Origin: Anaeromyxobacteraceae bacterium
Lineage (GTDB): Bacteria; Myxococcota; Myxococcia; Myxococcales; Anaeromyxobacteraceae
Length of the DNA stretch: 64,000 nucleotides
Assembly (NCBI GenBank): GCA_049586815.1
Contig: JBAVCR010000182.1
Coordinates: 7,056 to 71,055, forward strand
Direction of reading: 5' to 3'
The notes beneath the pieces are model-generated. The model saw nothing but the letters and a program-made list of their open reading frames with translations. It made no database searches and had not been told where the DNA came from. The translations under genes were made by a program, and so were the position numbers. Positions 60,471 to 64,000 of this stretch are shown here, piece after piece. The first letter of the stretch is position 1. The number at the start of each line of letters is the position of its first letter.

Positions 60471-62006
60471 TCACGCACGCTGCAAAGCGCCCTTCAAGTA
60501 ACTACGATCCTCGCGCGTAAGTCCGAACATTGCGGAGGAGCAGGCCAGGAAAATCGCGACGAGGGCGGCCTTGGCGGCGACCTCCCACCACCTTGTCGCA
60601 TGGAAATGGGAAGCAGCAAAGAGGGAGATCCAGGCGGGCAAGGCCATGCGAAACAGAGGCGCGCAGACCGAATCCCAGGCAAGGCGCAGCCTGGGCGTGG
60701 AAAAGACACCAGCGATGTCCGCGAACATTACCGGTCCCGAGGTCGCGAGCCATGCCAGGGCCGACGCGACCGCGATGCCGGGGAGGCCTAGCCAGTAGAG
60801 CATGCCGAGACCCAGCGCGATCTTCAGGGAGGCCTCCAGCAGACTGACAAGTGAAATGCGCCGGAGATGCCCGGTGGCCGTCAACAGCGTCGTCGGAAAG
60901 GCCCCGTAGCCGACCAGGGCAGTTGCGCACACGCTCCACCAATTCAATGCGCTGGATCCCAAGCGGTCGGCTCCGACCCAGACCACGACGAACTCAGCAT
61001 TGACGGTGCCCGCGACCAGGCCGGCGCACACGATGCCGAGGACAACCAATCTGCTCGCCCTTTCGTACGTCGCCATGAGTTGAACGGATAGGCCCTGGGT
61101 CCAGAGTTGAGTGAGCCCTGGCAGGGTCATCGGAATGACTCGGGTCGCGAGCGTAATCGCGGATTGTATGGCGCGTAGAGTTATGACGTACACGGTAACG
61201 GCGGCCGGGCCAAGAGTCATTCCAATGAGGATCCCATCCGAGCCGCGCGTGGCAGCGTTCGCGAGCTTCTGCATGAACGTGAGGCGAGTCACGCGCCAGA
61301 GTTCCGAGAGGACCGCGTTGTCCGCTGAAGGCGCGGTGCGGCGGTTCCTGTCGGTGATGCTCCTGGTTGCCAGCTCCGAACCGAAGTAGAAGACGCTTGC
61401 GGAGGCGACTTGAGAACACGCCAGTCCGACGAGGCCAAACCCCGCCGCTACGAGTGCAACAGAGACCACGCCGTCCGCGATCGCACGCACCAACAGTAAT
61501 CTATTGAACGTTCCAAGGCGTTGCTGGGCTTGCAGGACATCGGGGGCGAGGCTCATGGGCATGAGCATTGCGGAGCCACCAGCCATGATGGCGAAAGCAC
61601 CAGCTATCTCCACCTGAGAAACCCCATCCCAGGCAAGTGGGGCGTAGAGTAAAACCAGCGCGACCACCGCTCCTACCAACCAAATCGCCCAGCTGATTCG
61701 CCGGTAAACCCAGGAAATTGTCGTCCGTGTCAAATCGTGCAGTCGGGCGTCGCCTTCCTGGGCGATGACCAAGGAGCGAACGGATCCTGTCGAGAAACCG
61801 AAGTCGAGCAGGCCGAGATATCCTTGAATCTGGAGCAACACCGCCCAGACACCGTATTGGGTAGCCCCAAGTCTTGTAAGCAGGAATGGCGTAGTTGCGA
61901 ATGCGATGGCGAGGTTTACAATGGTCGATGCATAAGAGGAGGAAACGCCACCGAGGAGAGCTCGGAAGCGACTGCGTGATGGCGTGCGTGCGATGTCGCG
62001 TGTCAC
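60471..62006 (-). CDS. wzx: Wzx-type flippase / polysaccharide biosynthesis membrane protein, copy 2
   Basis: Polytopic, with YASTIVNLAIAFATTPFLLTRLG...YGVWAVLLQ at the N-terminus. The start was assigned to the GTG at 62006. The track ORF runs to 62117 through a Pro/Ser-rich leader. Confidence 0.7.
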   Translation of the reverse strand: MTRDIARTPSRSRFRALLGGVSSSYASTIVNLAIAFATTPFLLTRLGATQYGVWAVLLQIQGYLGLLDFGFSTGSVRSLVIAQEGDARLHDLTRTTISWVYRRISWAIWLVGAVVALVLLYAPLAWDGVSQVEIAGAFAIMAGGSAMLMPMSLAPDVLQAQQRLGTFNRLLLVRAIADGVVSVALVAAGFGLVGLACSQVASASVFYFGSELATRSITDRNRRTAPSADNAVLSELWRVTRLTFMQKLANAATRGSDGILIGMTLGPAAVTVYVITLRAIQSAITLATRVIPMTLPGLTQLWTQGLSVQLMATYERASRLVVLGIVCAGLVAGTVNAEFVVVWVGADRLGSSALNWWSVCATALVGYGAFPTTLLTATGHLRRISLVSLLEASLKIALGLGMLYWLGLPGIAVASALAWLATSGPVMFADIAGVFSTPRLRLAWDSVCAPLFRMALPAWISLFAASHFHATRWWEVAAKAALVAIFLACSSAMFGLTREDRSYLKGALQRA

Positions 62007-62736
62007 TGACGGAACCGTGGCGCTCCTGAGTACGCTGAAGGGTGGCGCAGGGTGGCTGGGGGCGAATGGTCGAGACCAGCTAGATGGGAAGGCATGCCAC
62101 TGCGCCCCGAAATGCACCCGCGATGGACGAGCCCAACCTCAAGTTGCAAATCCTCAGGATCGAAAACGGAATCCTGCGCGAAGACCGGCGGCCCAATGCG
62201 GCATGAACGTTGGATGGGGGTATCCACCTTGCAGCCGGGGAAGCGGGCAATAAAAATGGTTGGCAGATCTTGGAGCAAGAAGGAAACCGGCAAACACTCC
62301 CTCTGTGATGTTACCTAGAACCCAAGACGATAACACTCTTGCGCTTGTGTGTCGGGAGCCGCCCAGTTCCTGAAGAAGATCAGCCCGCAGGGGGAGGAGG
62401 GAGTCAAAGCGCTCGCGAGTCCTCATTGGGGCGCAGACGGCCGGGCGTCCCTGCAAAGACTCCGGGCGATTGCATTGTCCCAGGAAACGCGATGCGCACG
62501 CGTCGGTATCGGAAACGGCTGATAGTCGATAAGCCAAGAAGCGCACCGGAGAACCCAAATGGTTCCGGAACGCCTGAGCACCAAACGGGTGAAGCTAGAG
62601 CGCCTTGCCCCACCTCTACCGCGACACCGCTTTCCCTGGGCTGGCAAGAGCGCGTACATCTACACGTCTAATGGATGGCAGGCGGTTCCATCGCTGGGGA
62701 ACTTCTCCGGTCATCACGCATCCCGCCAAGTGACAG

Positions 62737-63936
62737 GTGCCGAGAGTCCTCATACTCAACCAGTTCTTCCCCCCCGACCTCGCCCCCACCGGGCAGATGG
62801 CGGCCGACCTCGCCGAAGACCTGATCGGGATGGGTCACGAGGTCTCCGTCCTCGCGAGCCGCGGAAGCTACCTGGGAGGGAAGAAGCGGGAATCCCGCTC
62901 GACGTGGCGCGGCATCGACGTCCACCGGGTCTCCGCCACCTCGCTCGGGAAGCGCACCCTGGCTCACCGCGCCCTCGACTACGGGAGCTTCTACGCTGCC
63001 GCCGGCTGGGCGCTCCGGAGGATGCCGCCGCCCGACGTCATCGTGGCGATGACCACGCCGCCCCTCATCGCAGCGACGGGGCTCGGGGCGAGGCAGAAGG
63101 GGACCCGGCTCGTCTACTGGGTCCAGGACCTCTACCCGGAGATCGCCGTCGCCTTCGGCGCCATCGGGGAGAACGCGCTCCACACCCGGACCATGGCGGC
63201 CGTGTCTCGCCGGGTGATGGCCGCGGCGGCGGGTGTCGTTGCTCTGGGCGAGGCCATGGCCGAGAAGGTCGTGGCCGCGGGCGCCAGGCGGGACAAGGTG
63301 ACCGTCATCCCCAACTGGGCGGACGGCGAGGTCATCCGCCCCGTGGCGCACGACGGGAACCCGATTCGCGAAGAGCTTCGCCAGGGAGCGCGCTTCGTCG
63401 TCGTCTACTCGGGAAACATCGGCAGGGCCCACGACGTGAGCACGCTCGTCGGCGCCGCGCGGGCGCTCGCTGGCCGCGAGGACGTCTCCTTCGTCTTCCA
63501 GGGAGATGGGAACAAGCGGGCCGAACTCGAGCTGGGTACCCGCGGCCTTCCCAACGTGCGGTTCGTTCCCTACCAGCCGCGGGAGCGGCTCGCCGAGTCG
63601 CTCTCCGCCGCCGACGTGCACCTCATCACCCTCTCGCCCAACGTGCTCGGGCTCCTCGAGCCCTCCAAGCTGTACGGGATCATGGCTGCCGGACGCCCCG
63701 CGCTCTACGTGGGCCCCGACCGGGCCGAGGTGGCGAGGACCATCGCCGCGGAGCGGATGGGATCGTGCGTCGGCAACGGAGACGTCGCGGGCCTCGTGAA
63801 GGCCATCGTCGACCGGGCCGCGAGCGACGAGCTCGTGCGGGAGGAGGGCATCCGGGCCCGTGCCGCCTTCGACAGGGAGTACGCACGGCCACATCGCACC
63901 ACCCGGTTCGCGCGCCTGCTCGAGTCGCTGCCATGA
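62737..63936 (+). CDS. glycosyltransferase family 4 (WcaI-like)
   Basis: The GTG start gives a 399-aa product with VLILNQFFPPD.APTGQ...DLAEDL...GH.V.VL, YWVQDLYPE and VVYSGN.G.AHD, then a C-terminal P.ERL..SL.AADVHLI.L....GL..PSK.YG..A.GRP. G+C returns to about 72%. Confidence 0.85.
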   Translation: MPRVLILNQFFPPDLAPTGQMAADLAEDLIGMGHEVSVLASRGSYLGGKKRESRSTWRGIDVHRVSATSLGKRTLAHRALDYGSFYAAAGWALRRMPPPDVIVAMTTPPLIAATGLGARQKGTRLVYWVQDLYPEIAVAFGAIGENALHTRTMAAVSRRVMAAAAGVVALGEAMAEKVVAAGARRDKVTVIPNWADGEVIRPVAHDGNPIREELRQGARFVVVYSGNIGRAHDVSTLVGAARALAGREDVSFVFQGDGNKRAELELGTRGLPNVRFVPYQPRERLAESLSAADVHLITLSPNVLGLLEPSKLYGIMAAGRPALYVGPDRAEVARTIAAERMGSCVGNGDVAGLVKAIVDRAASDELVREEGIRARAAFDREYARPHRTTRFARLLESLP

Positions 63937-64000
63937 CGGCCCGCCATCGATGCCCCATCCGGGCGGCCCCGGTCGAGGCCATCGACTCCCGGTAACTGGG

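Noticed and set aside
62154-62558. 134-aa minus-strand ORF (and overlapping small ORFs) in the wzx-2 / wcaI-like intergenic region as real genes
   Set aside because: They have no recognisable motif and sit in mutually overlapping frames with no start-site context. They are reported only as a possible decayed region in the findings.
63933-63995. 20-codon ORF starting with an ATGA overlap at the end of the WcaI-like gene
   Set aside because: It is too short and terminates before the window end. It is probably just the intergenic region or a shadow frame, and the next real gene is not visible in the window.

Overview
This is a very GC-rich chromosomal window; spot counts on single 60-nt lines give about 72-77% G+C in the core. 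The composition and gene content look myxobacterial, perhaps Anaeromyxobacter-like, but that is inference only. After a partial MFS gene, dnaE and a few housekeeping or envelope genes, nearly everything from ~11.9 kb to the window end is one polysaccharide-biosynthesis supercluster. It contains GDP-fucose genes (fcl-gmd), dTDP-rhamnose genes (rfbACBD), two separate export sets (OPX plus a kinase-less PCP, and Wzb-Wza-Wzc), two Wzx and two Wzy-like proteins, about nine glycosyltransferases and a PglF/E/D/C-type amino-sugar pathway. No tRNA, rRNA or CRISPR array was seen. Five things stand out. (1) gmd is interrupted in frame by a 343-codon intein with a LAGLIDADG endonuclease, inserted inside the conserved NHE|SPRRG motif, and a free-standing HNH endonuclease gene sits next to it. 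(2) An eight-gene, translationally coupled carrier-protein cassette (DltA-like adenylation enzyme, GNAT, two ACPs, KASIII, two SDRs, MBL hydrolase) is fused to the Pgl-like pathway. This points to an unusual acyl or aminoacyl sugar decoration. (3) A ~15 kb low-GC island (about 47.2-62.7 kb) carries a second Wzx/Wzy cassette with three methyltransferases and an AKR+GMC oxidoreductase pair. (4) A ~1,590-aa secreted multicopper oxidase is fused to an FN3 domain and four tandem Ig-like repeats, and the last repeat already has island-type codon usage. (5) There are two Wzi-family paralogs. Many long ORFs in the six-frame track are GC-driven shadow frames and were rejected.
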